From Balanoglossus misakiensis (lineage: Eukaryota > Animalia > Hemichordata): 64,000 nt of DNA. Shown one piece after another: positions 51,801 to 64,000 of the stretch. The translations under genes were made by a program, and so were the position numbers. Position 1 is the first letter of the stretch, and every line of letters starts with the position of its first letter. The stretch covers positions 15,670,998 through 15,734,997 of the forward strand of contig CM082578.2 in the NCBI GenBank assembly GCA_040954595.2, written 5' to 3'. Below the pieces are notes generated by a model, which was not told the DNA's origin, searched no databases, and worked only from the letters and a program-made list of their open reading frames with translations.

Positions 51801-54800
51801 TGACCTAATTTTGTTCTTCAGGCTACCCCACCCTCTTCTCTTTAATTTTGTCAGAGCAATATAACTTCCTTATTAACATAACTATTACATTCATTGTTAT
51901 GTAAAATTAGCCATTTTCCTTATCAGAAATTTCTAGGGAGAACACAGGAGTATTCACAATAAAGCCATCAGATAAAGACATCAATCATGTTCCTATCACA
52001 GGTGCATCAATGTGTCCAACAGTGACAGCAATATGTGTACCATCTTTACTTGAGTAAATTTACATGCGCAAATACAGTGGTAATTACACCAGCCAGCCTT
52101 CTGGACTGCCATGTGCTTTTTTTTATTGTCACATTATTCAACGTGATTGCCTTTCAATGCACTGGGTTTCAGTGAAAATTATATATCTTTACACTAGCAC
52201 AGGCTAATGGCAGAGCATGTCTGTGGATCTCTAGAAACTGATGAAACAGATATTTCACATCCCAGCAGGGAAAAGATCATAATCCACAGACAAGGCTCAG
52301 GATGTACTTGTACATTTCCAATGCGAAGATGAGTAATTGCGCTAAATTCATCCACACATATTTTAGAATTGGTCAGAAATTGACATGAGATGATTATTAA
52401 CACCGACAGATGAAGTATGAAATTCTACCTGTAAATTAGCAGTACATTTAATTTCTATTGACTTGTCACATAGATGCAATGCAATGTTGCATTCCATCTA
52501 CATCTATATCATGTACCGTCAAGAAGATCACGACATCTGTCAAGCATTATCAAAGGAGACATTTTATCATGTTTCTGTAGTATACATAGATATGATGTAA
52601 ATCACCGGTATCCATTCCTGCCCTTTGCATTAAATTCTTCAAGTGTCAGGGACTGTGATATCCATTTGAAATAGTTGCGTTGAGATTTGTATTAAAGTCT
52701 GATGATGAATTCTACTCACATGAACTGACACAGTTGCGCAGCATACAAACAGGTCTGGTGAAATTCTAATCAAACTAGCAATATGAAACGTATTCCCACG
52801 ACTGCTTTTATATATAACTGGCTGATTAAGTATGAACCTGGACACCTGGAATGAGGTTGGTGTATAGCAACTAAAACAAGAATGAGATTCTACATTAAAT
52901 TTGAAAATATTAACTGGACATTGAGGGTCATCACTTCATTGGGTTCTGCATTCTAAGGACAGTTACCACTGAGCATTATAACCTGCAGGATACTGACTTG
53001 TGGCCTAATCGTCCGCAACAACCTGAGCCCTTAACTGGCATTCAGGAAACTTCTGTGTGGGAAATGTACAGGAGTATTAAACTGACATGAAATGTGAGTG
53101 AGAAATCAAAATGTTTGTGACTGATGACAAAACCTTGTTTAGAATCCATCCTTTCTGGTCGTTTCTCATATGCTTCCTCTCAGCGCATCTTGTTTCAAAT
53201 TAAACAATTTTGATGAGTGTAGGCTTTCTGTTTGAACAGATCAAGTTACATGTACATAGATATTAAACCAAAAATTACTAAATTGACTCACTGTATCTGC
53301 AAATGTAGGTCAATCAAGCCTGCTGCGTACTGGGCAAATGGAACCAATCTTTCCAATATCAAGCTGTTCCAAAAGTCATCTTGATACTGCAACAAGGTCA
53401 CACCATTTATTTGATACTTATCCACGTTGCAATCTACTTTCACATTCAAGGTTCAGTTCCAATTCCCATAAACAAAATAACACATCACTGCTGAACAAAA
53501 GCAACTCTGATACCACATTTAAACAAGAGCTGACAGCTATGTTTCAATTTGAAACAAACCAATGAACCCAAACTCTTTCATATCACCAAGATTTCAGGAA
53601 ACTTCGCATGAATATGAGAGTTTGTGCCAACATGATCTGTCACTATCAGTATATTTAAGAAAGTAGCTTGCCAAAAAATAGTTTACTTTCCAAACAGATC
53701 CCTATCATCGCTATCCTTTATTTTTTCGGAAGGCAGAGACAGTCATTAGCATAACAATTGATTGTTATGAAAATGAACTATCCTACCAGACATCCCTGGG
53801 GAGAACCCTGATGTATGTGCACTATACAACCAATATGTGATTGAACATGCTCCGCACAGACAGCAAGCTAGAATCGCAATTTGCAAAGTTCGATAATCGG
53901 GAAATTTTGCTCCTTGTACCAATATGTCTATGCCTTGCCTGTACAAGAGCCCACAGCAACCCAAGTATTGAGTGTCTCTTATCTGAGCAGCTGTTATGGT
54001 CGACAAAATGCGATTGTTTAATCTTTGTTCAATGCACAGCATAGAAATGAGCAGAATGAGTAACTTTGTATGGCTTCCTTGCTTTGTACTGAAAACCTTC
54101 AAGTGAGGCAGTCTGTGCAACTTTCAATCACGGAACGTCAAAGTTTCAAGGCTTCACTTAATTTCTGAGAAATACAATTATTTATCTATAATCACTCTCT
54201 GCATATACAGCCAAGTTAATCAGGGAAACAATCCAGTTATCAGGGATAACTTGTACCAATCTACATAAATGCAACTTAAGTTATAGTAAACCCCAAAACG
54301 CTAAACATTGTTTGGCCAAATCTCTCTGCTAGTATTTTCAAGGTGAATATGATCTATAATTTATAAAAGTGTTACTCATCATGTGATCAGACAAACTAAA
54401 TAAATTTAAAATCCTAATAATACAATTAGAAGAATGTGTAGGGTCTGGTTGAATGCAAAAGTTTATTGGTGGTAATGACAATATCCATTGGAATTTTCAG
54501 TACGGGACTGAATCAGATTTCCCATGAAGCAATAGTACTTATCATCGTGTAGAGGTCTGTCTCATCTACAAGTTCATAGACTAACCATATCAGCATTACT
54601 AGAAAGACTACCAGCACCTTTTCTGGAAAGTCAAACTGATGATCTGTGCTTTTAGTTCTGCTGGTACAACAGTAACTTTCTGTTGGAAATTAATTCAAGC
54701 CATACATACTGTACATTACACTCTTCTACCATCACCTCAGCTATCCAGAAAAGATTCACAGAATTTACCAATATCTACTCTGTTCGTGATCTCGCAAACT

Positions 54801-57216
54801 AAAAAGCTTTTATTCTTAGTTCTGTTAGCAAAAAGCACTTACCTAATCCTAATAATCAAAAACTATCCACTTCACTTTCTTGACTATTCTCACGTATATG
54901 CTAACAAAGACCACAAGAAAACATGTACTGCATATAAAAACTTTCTTAAATTGATGGCATGTTTTTATCCCTGGTATGCAAACAAATGTCAACCAGACAG
55001 ACAGCCAGCCAACATTTACCTGGACACTGTCAACATTTGGGCCAGGTGACTTCATAGGAAACACTCTAAACAGTCTAAAGTCTAACAAAGGATCATTGAA
55101 ATTCTAGCTGCTGGCCACACATATGGCACACTGAACCCATGTTTTGGTGCCACTTAATATAACAAACACAAATAAAAGAACATCTGGTTCCACACCAGGA
55201 CACTGTCACTGTCACCAACTTAAGCATTTAGGGTAATCTGATTAAAATCTCCACATTTAACCAACTAACATATAAAAGGTTGTGTTTAAGCATTATGCTT
55301 CACAGCAGCCAATGAGAGTGTGTTTTACATACAGCTGCAATGAATCATATCAAACAATAAGATTCATTTGTTACAATATTTCTTAATATACTAATAGATG
55401 TATGGTGTGTTTCAGTCTGTATTTTGTTGACCACTTAAATTTAGTATCATTCAATGGGTATCACACAATGCTTGTCTGCTATTTTTATTTATATTCACTC
55501 CTCGTTGTAAGACTACAGGTATGTTTGATAGGATGTCAGTCTTGGTCGAAACACAAGATATGAAAAAACTTTCTACGGTAGTTGGTCAGATGTTGAGAGG
55601 CAACAAGAGATGATTGCAATTCAGAGTAAAACGACAACTGCAATTGATCAGACAATGACATCTAGCTGAGTACCTGAGCCATACCACCACTTTCCTGTCT
55701 TATACAGTGTTTCTTGCTAAGATGTAGGAACATTACTAATGATTTTATGAACCCTGGTTACACCTCTGCTATCCCTCATTACATTGATATACCCAGGGGG
55801 AAATCCTGGTAAAAAATGATTGGGAACCCCAGTAACCTTTTCCAGGCTACCCACCCTTTATACATCACAGAAAGCAATGGTTTATTCTGAAATGCAAGGA
55901 GCTGCAATATATGGTCTTGTTCGGAGCCAAAAGCAAATACCACAGCACATCGCACCATGCCACACCCCCAACCCCCAAATAAAACACATAGGACCAGTTA
56001 TATGTAAATTTTATACTGATAATCAAATTTAACTTTCTGGCTTGTCACAACATGTACAATATTTAAAAACAAACATACATGAAATCTGGTTTTGAACCCT
56101 CTGCTGTCATCATGCTCATTATATGGTTAATATTTTTTGAATACATTGTATCTGATCACTGTTCACTCTCTGTCCCAGGGAACATTATTGGATCTCGTGA
56201 AATAATAATATGAAATTGGACATTTGGCGGATATATGTAATGCAAATACATTTTTCGTAGATTTTGACAATACACTATACTGTGCTCCGAGCTGCTATTT
56301 GGAATTGTGTTGGCCTTCCAGCGAAAATGGTTAGTTCTGTAAATGCCACGCTACCTGCTGGGGAAAAACCGGCAAAGCTATCATGCAGATCTGACAGATC
56401 CTCCTACACTTTAACTGTGGCATTAAATAATATCACTGCTGCATTCGCTGAAGGGGGTTCTGGTGGCCAAGAAACTGCAACAAAAGATGATCAGCGAAAA
56501 GGAGACAGGTATAGTTTTCTTCTCTACATATGGAGGGAGAAGTGACTGACAGCGTTTGATCGTAATTCCCCCTGCACAGGAACAGGAAAAGGGATCAGCA
56601 CCATTCCCAAATCCGTTTTCCAATAATCCCCAGGACTAATTACGATCAAATGCCTACAGCCTGTAGCCCACACTTCGCCGACGTGGTAACTTGTGATATT
56701 TTGCATTAGCCCATAAATAACCAAGACATGCTTAAAATGCAAAACAATCGCAAACGTTACGGTTGTAAAGACAGTTTCTCACCTCGTTGAGGTTCCTTTC
56801 CGAACATCACACATTTCACATTTGAAAGCTTCAGCCGAATTTTTATACGTGCATACACTACAATCCCAATAACCTTCCTCCACGTTTTTTGACTGTCTTT
56901 TGGGCCTACAGGAATGAAAATTAGAAAAGAGACTGTAACTGAGTTAGATATTTTGTGAACAAAGAATTTATACACGACAACACACGAAACAAATGCATTC
57001 AAAGTCCACACATACATAAATACACATACAGACACACGGCGGACGTAACGAGCTACCAATGCAATGTTTATATACGGTCATACTGAATGGGCTTCTTGTA
57101 CATTGCTTCGTTTCGCCGGCGATTATCACTCCCATGATCGCCTAACAGGCGTAATATTAACATCGATTGATCACTCGGAACATGACTCACCTACTAGGGC
57201 TACGCCTTTGATCCAT
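39817..57216 (-). CDS. YAF2: RYBP/YAF2 family non-canonical PRC1 subunit (RanBP2-type zinc finger plus YAF2_RYBP domain), 172 aa
   Basis: Exons (minus): 57191-57216, 56783-56905, 41440-41571, 39817-40054 (519 nt). Translation: [63 protein letters not shown]...[32 protein letters not shown] followed by a Ser-rich tail. Confidence 0.96.
46818..47409. mobile_element. 592-bp non-autonomous DNA transposon (PIF/Harbinger-like MITE)
   Basis: Perfect 27-bp TIRs agagaggtttagttacacgtaaatacg / cgtatttacgtgtaactaaacctctct. 3-bp TSD aat on both sides (46815-46817, 47410-47412). CpG-rich interior rich in tacgcg motifs; no transposase. Confidence 0.85.
47598..47740 (+). mobile_element. Penelope-like retroelement terminal-repeat fragment
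   Basis: cctgaagaagatcc...ggatcgaaacgttgg followed by AATAAA (47655). This layout is typical of Penelope pseudo-LTRs. The boundaries are approximate. Confidence 0.55.
47600..47643 (+). ncRNA. Minimal type I hammerhead ribozyme-like motif (probably degenerate)
   Basis: CUGAAGA core (47602-47608), stem II GAUCCU/AGGAUC with a 6-nt loop, GAAAC (47628-47632), palindromic ACGU mini stem III and a GUU triplet. Stem I pairing is only about 2 bp. Confidence 0.5.
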
Positions 57217-57560
57217 ATTGCGGAACTTGCAGCAAAATAATCCAAAGAAAGTAAGCGAATTACTCCTATCCAAGCCTTTCCTGGCCTTGTCCTGCGACTG
57301 ATGGGGCTTTCCTCTGTCTGCACGTACAGATCACGTGAACGACGTCACCCAATGGGAACAGCGGATAGTTCCCGGCATTCCAAGGCTCACCCTATGCCTC
57401 GTTTTCACCCGAACCTTGACTGATCTTTTGTTCGCCTTCTTCAACTTTGTCATTGACCTATTTTCATCACCTGCGGAGACCTCGAACTGACCTCTATGTT
57501 AATTCCCCGACGCCACTGCCTGGTTCATTCGCACTCTTCGAAACTAGTAGCTTTTCACCT
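57217..57560 (-). promoter_or_regulatory. YAF2/RYBP 5'UTR and promoter region
   Basis: CpG-rich, with clustered E-box CACGTG (57332-57337), CRE-like gacgtca (57341-57347), CCAAT (57349-57353) and TGACCT half-sites. Confidence 0.5.
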
Positions 57561-57577
57561 CTTTTCTGAGTCCATGA

Positions 57578-57578
57578 T

Positions 57579-57668
<90 letters not shown>

Positions 57669-57705
57669 GTCTGTCTGTCTATCCATCTATCTATCTGTTT
57701 ATCTA
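57578..57705. repeat. (ATCT)n / (GATA)n tetranucleotide microsatellite
   Basis: More than 20 perfect TATC units, decaying into TGTC units. Confidence 0.95.
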
Positions 57706-58197
57706 CTAGTATCTATCCCGCCGGCACACACACAGACGCATATAGGCTCTGCATGTAACCCATGCGCCTTACTATTTTAATTATGAGTAATGTATTTGTA
57801 AATTAAATATGATTATTTTTGATGACTAAAAGTTGTCCGCTTACACGAATAACCAGAACGAACGTTGTTCAGAATGTATGACATATGCCACAGATGATTT
57901 CATAGCTGAATTAAAACTCCGCTTGAAGTCCGAATTTACTTTTAAACAGGCGCATCACTCTAAGTTTTACAATAGGCTTTTTAGACACTTTCACTGTCCA
58001 TGATTTATGTAAGTAGTCTGTGACGACTGAAAATATGTTTTTATCAACAATATTCATATTCATATGAACTGCTATTCGTTTGTTTATCTAAGAATCTGCA
58101 GTTGATATCCGTGACTCGTGCAGTGACCCCACATTCACCGATCATTTGTGTAGAAAGTTTTCCCCCAGGCCAGAAGACATGCATGAGAAACGTCCGA

Positions 58198-58225
58198 GTT
58201 TTTTTTTTTTTTTTTTTTTTTTTTT
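58198..58225. repeat. Poly-T tract
   Basis: About 28 consecutive T. Confidence 0.9.
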
Positions 58226-61200
58226 ACATTTATTTGGCAGAGGGCGCTGTGCGTTTATGTTCTGACAAAGTTTATAGAAAGTGGTGCACGTTGTCCCTTG
58301 TGCAACTGCTGGTAGCTAAGTCAAAGTAGGCCCAAATTGTAACTGCTACAAACATTGCAAACAATGTGGTTTTCACTTTTGATCACATTCCAAGTTACTT
58401 TAGTATAACTATAACATTATGTGTTGGAAGGGAAGGGTTAGAAGGGTCCCCCTGTACAGTGGGAGAAAGCTGATGGTACGTGTCTTTACATTAAACAAAA
58501 AAAAGTTGCACATGTGCAATTCAGACGACTTTCTCCCTTTATTAAGTTTAACATACTTTTACATCTGTTTCTCACTGGGTGGAACATTACGTCCATGCAT
58601 GTGACAATGCAAAAATCAGATTTTGTATGTACATGTATCTGGCTGAGGGCGCTCTACTACAGTACAGAAAGATCCACAGCAACTTCATGCCTGGTCCCGT
58701 CCTACATACCCAGACATGTAGAATTTTAATACACTGTTAAAATTTCCTGTAATAGGATATGCTTCAGACTTTGTCAACGTTAATTGCATGTCTGGATTTT
58801 ATCATTGTTCAGTTAGTTAATATACTAAAATCAACAATTTCCTGTACATTACAAAAATCAATAAATGACATTATAATCCTTGGTCAAGTTCTTACCATGC
58901 ATGTGTTATTGACAAATTCTCTTCTTGATAAATTAATTAATCTTTTACTTTCTTTGGTTTTGCAAAATGAGTCAACGCACTCTCTAACAGATCTAAGAAA
59001 GAACACCACACATCTGTTTCCATTTGGAACATCAACAGAGAAATTCTAACAGCGTCTCAACCGCTTGAACATACACCACACAATAGGGTCTTTTCTCAAC
59101 AGAGTTGCCGCGACAATCAGTCAGTTTGACCTTTCACCCGACCTTTGATAATGTCAAGCTGTGGTAAAACCTTGCACATGTTGGAGTGGATGCTGATAAA
59201 TCCTTGAGATAGCACACATACTGTTAAACCAAGATAATCCAACACTTGCCAAGAATTTTGAAAACACAAGAAAATGGTAGCCACATCTAAAATTCTTTAA
59301 TTAATTTTGGTGTGATATTTTGCATTAAAACCAAGCTTTATGTTAATTGCCACCAATTAAGGAAATACCACCACACCCACTTTTAGTAGATATTACCTCG
59401 TTGTCAAAATAAATATAAAGTGTCTTGGTAATTGCTGAGTAGTCCCCAAAGTGATTTGTTGCCTGGATTATTTTTGTCACTGTTCAGTTTTTTTTCAACT
59501 GTGTCCTTACTTGAACTGAAATGGTTGATATGATTAATTACTGTGTAGTCTAGACTGTAACTTGTTGCATGGGGTGGATGTCATGTCAACTTTGTACATA
59601 CATTGTATATGTACTAGTATTACGTAAAATACAGAAGAACATCTGTTTTTCTCCTTTTTTGAATACGTTATTGGATGAAAGTATTGTTAGCAACTATAAA
59701 TACACTAAGCAGCTTCTCAGCAGTCTGGGTTTACATGATCACTATATGTGAAATAAATTTCTATTCAAATCTCAAATCCTGAAACTGCAACAAACAGATG
59801 TAAATCATCAAACAGTACCTGTGGTACTCCAGTGTTGCATGAAAAGATTTTGAAACTTGTAGAATATCAGCATAGGCTTGGAAATCAATCCACAGACGGA
59901 CGTGACAAGAATAGAACAGTTGTCTAAACGCACTGCATATGCCTGGTGTGCATATGCAGGTCACGACCATATTGACCCACGGTGGTTATAATGGCTTTAA
60001 GCTGTACATGATGGACAGCAAATCTTTCACAAGTTGTCACACTCCAAAGCTTAAGCAGTACCAAGACTATTGTTTGATCTTTCTTGCATACTGCCAGATA
60101 TCTTTAAAGGGACACATGACGTTCTAAACTGTAACTTTTGAGAATATTTTCTGTATTTTTATTCAGTGTATCGACTATAGTTTCTTGTCCACTCCCTATA
60201 AATATATGTTGACATACGGCCAAACCAGCACTTTGGCTTTTAATGTGAGATGACACATGTTTTCAAAGTAACAACTACTTCTGCAGTTATATGATAAATT
60301 TTATTGGACACCCGATTAATTGTTGTTTATGCGTTGCCAGTTTGTATCAGATTTGATTCTTACAGTCCAAACATTGCATTACCTTGTATACTACATTGCA
60401 CACAGCACTCTGTATACACATGTAATTACTTTGACATGTTTTTCTCCTCTGGTGGGTCAAATTCATCAACAATAACCTTGCAGAGATACCAGTAAATGTC
60501 AAAGGAGCAACAACGATAGGCCAAGGTCAGTCAAGTGGTGGAAAATTACTTTTTGAAGCCAAATTTTAAAACTATGAATAAACGATTCAGAAAATTTAGC
60601 ATGTGGGTTGACACTGACATAACATACTAGCTAGGGGCAAGGTCAATACAGCTTTGAATAGTTTTACCAACTTTTAATAAAAACTATTAGTTCCATTACC
60701 CTGCTATGTTTCTTGGGTACAACTTGATCAACACACTGAGTTGTATCAGTATTGTGTTTTGACCAATTCAATTCGGTTCAATTCAATGTTGTGGTTGAAT
60801 TAATCCGCACACATGCACACATGCACACTTTACAAACATTACTCACAAAGGAACTGTTGTTGTAATATATTATTGGGCACAAAATTTTCTGATTTTTCCG
60901 ATCCAATTAACGCAAAGCTAATCAGTCTTTCCAGACGATTTATAGACTCAGAGCCCAGACAAACGACTTCCGTCAACAACTGACAATACAACTGTGCATT
61001 CAAAGGCCACACACATATAACTGAATGCAACGGACAATGATTACATGCTCGTACTTAGCTCTGACTGTAACAGAGCTAGTCCATATGGACTTCCCCTATC
61101 ACTGGAATGTCTGACAAGTCAAGGCACTACACTGCAGGCAGAGGAACATTCTCAGCTGACTTTTAATGCGGCTTCAAAATGGTTATATTTTATTAAAAAT

Positions 61201-62850
61201 ATATATACATGTAATGTATTATTACTAAAAATTATGAATATTCCACGCATAAGATTCAATTCCCTGTCTCTCCTTGGTGGTCTTTTAATACATGGTTGGT
61301 TTAAAATCAACACAGTTATTGAAACCACACATATAAAGCCCAGGATCCATCATATAATTAAAACTTTTTGTAAATATCCTGAAATCAGTAGAAATACAAA
61401 GAGTGGACAGGGGAAATGAAATGCCATATATTACAATCAGTTTTCGAACATATGGTGATTGTCACAAACATTCACATTCAATCTAAAAAAAAGTATCGAC
61501 CTCAACTCTGTGGCAAAAAGAGGGATCATGTAGGCCAAGTGAATGTTGATAGTTGAATTTAATTTTGGAATTCTAAAGCAATTAAGCCAGACTTGAAATA
61601 ATTGACACTTTCTTTCCGGTAGGCCTTGAATTGTCATCCATATGTCTGGGAGAGCTAAGCTCCTTTCCGTAGTTGCATTAAAATGTACTTGAAATACCAG
61701 GTTATGTAATCAAACATGATGCATATCAATCACATGCCTCTGGGACAGATTTTCTGAAAAATGATAAACCACCAAACCTTTTAATTCTTTAATTGCTACA
61801 TTTGTTTGAATGATCCATGGCCTAATCAGATGTGGTCTCACAATCATGCTTGAATGATGCACACACACCAGACTCGAGACAGACGAACTGATGAGACAAA
61901 GCCAAAATATATATTTTCCTCAAATACAGACAAATTCGTGTAAAAACAACTACATGTAAGTACTGATATACAGACAGACACACAGATTTGAAACTACCTT
62001 GTGAATGACAAATGAAAACTTAATCATACACTTCTGAAATCTCTGATTGGATATTTTATGTGTGTTCTTTACTGATTCCTGTATCATTTTGTTGAGTAGT
62101 CATCGCCGGATTGACAATGTGGAGGAAGACAAACTTAAACACCAAATAGTCGTTTCCAAGAAAACTGATAAATTCTACAATCTTAGCAGTACTGATCTTT
62201 TTGCTGATATCAAAATACACTGATACTGTATATCCAGACAACAAACAAATGAAAAATGATAGTATTGAAAATCCAAGAAATGGAAAAAAATCTGGGTACT
62301 TGTAAGCTGGTATTTGAAACACAGGCTAAAATTGACATCAGTGTTACTGGATTAATGTTAATGTAACAGTTTTCCAAAGTTCATTGTCAATGCCTTTTTA
62401 ACTCAGTCAACAACAGAGTTTGCAAGAACTGAGGAAAAACACATTCTTATGAAGAAAAATTGAAAGAGAAAAAACTGTTGAAAAAAATACACAAAATATT
62501 AAACAAAGATTTTAAATTGATAAAGAGACCGATGATTTGTTTTTCAGTTCTCGGTAATGTGATGGGCTGGTCACTGACTAATGATCTATGAGGAGATGAA
62601 AAGTACACATGCTATTTTGGGATCTGAATATAAATGTACTGATGTGAACTGTCTTCTGCCCACAGCTTGAATACACAGAGTCATGGAAGATTTACTCCCA
62701 CAACATTGGCTCCAGGTGACCTTTCAACCTTTGCTCAGAGTGGCAGTAGCAACTGTGTAGTGTCAACACTTTTCAGCTGAACTGAGTGTCACAGAGTTTT
62801 TCTTCTTAAATAGCAAAAATATCTTACAAAGTATATACATGGTGTACAGT

Positions 62851-64000
62851 TTATAACTCAATGATTGATGAATCACTCAAGTCCTGATCGTCCAACAACT
62901 CCGCCATGTTGGCATGTACCTCTGATTCTGTTTGTGAGATTTCACTGTGTTCATCAGTGTCAAAGTCTCTCGATACATTCAGGCAGTCAGTTTCAGTGGC
63001 TTTTCTTTGTAGAGCTTCACTTTCACACCGATCTTCCAGTAAGTTTTCAAATTGCTCCTGTACTTCAGTTGTTGGTAGTGGCTCCCTCTTTCCGAGGTAC
63101 TGCAGCATTTTATCCTGGCCGTAATCTGGACGCTGGGGATAATGCTGCATGCTTTGGCTTCGCTGGACGTTGATGATTTTGTGATTGTCCCGGGGGAGGT
63201 CATCCACGGAAACCTGGGAATATTGCCTTTTTCCGCTCAGCGATACGTTGGAATTGCCAAGTTTTGTGACGGAGTCCTTGAGTTTGTGAGGCAAACTCTG
63301 CTTGGAGGATGACGTTGAACTTGATTTCAGAGCAAGGTCCATCATGGAAAAACTTGTGTTGTTTTGTTTCGGTTGATTTCCAATGTCATGCTGGGAAGAT
63401 GATTTCAAGTTGGTCTTTTTCCCGGTTTTGGGGGCGGGGAGATTGGCCACATCATTGTTGACACTGTGAGAGCTTACTGATCTGTCAAATTGGAAGGTTG
63501 GTAGTCCTTTGTTTGCCAGCATGTTGTCGATACTGCCCCCGAGGCTGAAGGAGGACAGCCCTGTCGGACTAAACCCCGTTGACGACTCCCCGTGAGATCC
63601 TCCTGGACTTGCCAAGGAGTTACTGTGACCTTTTCCGGAATTGGCCCGAGACAGGTCTGTTGTCATGTAGAGTTTGTGACCAGCAGAGGAACCACTGCTG
63701 TTGTGCACGACGGCTAACGGCTGACATTCCAGCAGTTCTTGATAAGGATGGTTGGTGAACGGGTGATTGGAGTTGAACTCGGGTAACTGCAATTCGTTCA
63801 CGTCCGAGAAGGAATCCGAATACTGGTATCTGTTGACATCTTGGTTGCTGATGTCGTGACGATTGTAGTCGCAACACGACTGGCACAGTAACACCCGGAC
63901 ACCATGACAAGGCGCGCCATGCTTGGGTTCCCCCGTCCTGGTGTATCGGAACGGTTGGGTTGCTACGTAGCTCATGGTAATACACATCCCAAGTTCACAC
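62851..64000 (-). CDS. Terminal coding exon of a gene entering from the right edge; possibly a PRRT3/PRRT4-like multipass membrane protein (end of last TM helix plus long disordered tail)
   Basis: Frame open from the window edge for more than 380 codons, with higher GC than its flanks. Starts CELGMCITMSYVATQPFRY (looks like the end of a TM helix), then a Cys cluster (LLCQSCC), a Ser-rich disordered region and an acidic end ...DSSIIEL*. The family call is from recollection only. Confidence 0.7.
   Translation of the reverse strand, partial: CELGMCITMSYVATQPFRYTRTGEPKHGAPCHGVRVLLCQSCCDYNRHDISNQDVNRYQYSDSFSDVNELQLPEFNSNHPFTNHPYQELLECQPLAVVHNSSGSSAGHKLYMTTDLSRANSGKGHSNSLASPGGSHGESSTGFSPTGLSSFSLGGSIDNMLANKGLPTFQFDRSVSSHSVNNDVANLPAPKTGKKTNLKSSSQHDIGNQPKQNNTSFSMMDLALKSSSTSSSKQSLPHKLKDSVTKLGNSNVSLSGKRQYSQVSVDDLPRDNHKIINVQRSQSMQHYPQRPDYGQDKMLQYLGKREPLPTTEVQEQFENLLEDRCESEALQRKATETDCLNVSRDFDTDEHSEISQTESEVHANMAELLDDQDLSDSSIIEL

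Noticed and set aside
55520-55560. Second hammerhead-like string ending ggtcgaaac
   Set aside because: Lacks the CUGANGA core and a paired stem II.
57496-57780. 94-aa ORF with IYLS repeats
   Set aside because: An artefact of the (ATCT)n microsatellite.
60102-60300. ttaaagggaca... Kolobok-like left terminus (similar at 4646 and 8576)
   Set aside because: No matching right terminus could be located.
62865-63985. Overlapping ORFs in other frames and on the plus strand of the terminal exon
   Set aside because: Shadow ORFs of a GC-richer coding exon with no independent support.
1-64000. Prokaryotic systems (CRISPR arrays, operons, defence islands), rRNA or tRNA genes
   Set aside because: The sequence is spliceosomal-intron-rich animal DNA; no repeat-spacer array or structured RNA gene was seen.

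Overview
AT-rich eukaryotic genomic DNA with compact GT-AG introns. It looks like an invertebrate deuterostome such as a hemichordate (inferred from gene structure and repeat style). Most entries in the ORF track are spurious; the real genes are spliced, and I assembled them by hand. From left to right: (1) the 5' part of ALDH1L (10-formyl-THF dehydrogenase, - strand), with a distant 45-nt first exon encoding a mitochondrial presequence; (2) PM20D1 (+, 10 exons, one GC-AG intron); (3) FANCD2 (-, 37 coding exons, about 1462 aa); (4) an unrecognised two-exon gene for a secreted Met-rich coiled-coil protein, nested antisense in a FANCD2 intron; (5) CDPF1 (+, head-to-head with FANCD2); (6) RYBP/YAF2 (-, 4 exons, 15-kb intron); (7) the terminal exon of a membrane-protein-like gene, possibly PRRT3/4-like (-), cut by the window edge. 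Several MITEs, a Penelope-like fragment with a hammerhead ribozyme core, and microsatellites are also present. The most notable items are the nested orphan secreted gene and the apparent dual mitochondrial/cytosolic design of a single ALDH1L gene. Exon boundaries are manual predictions, not validated against transcripts.
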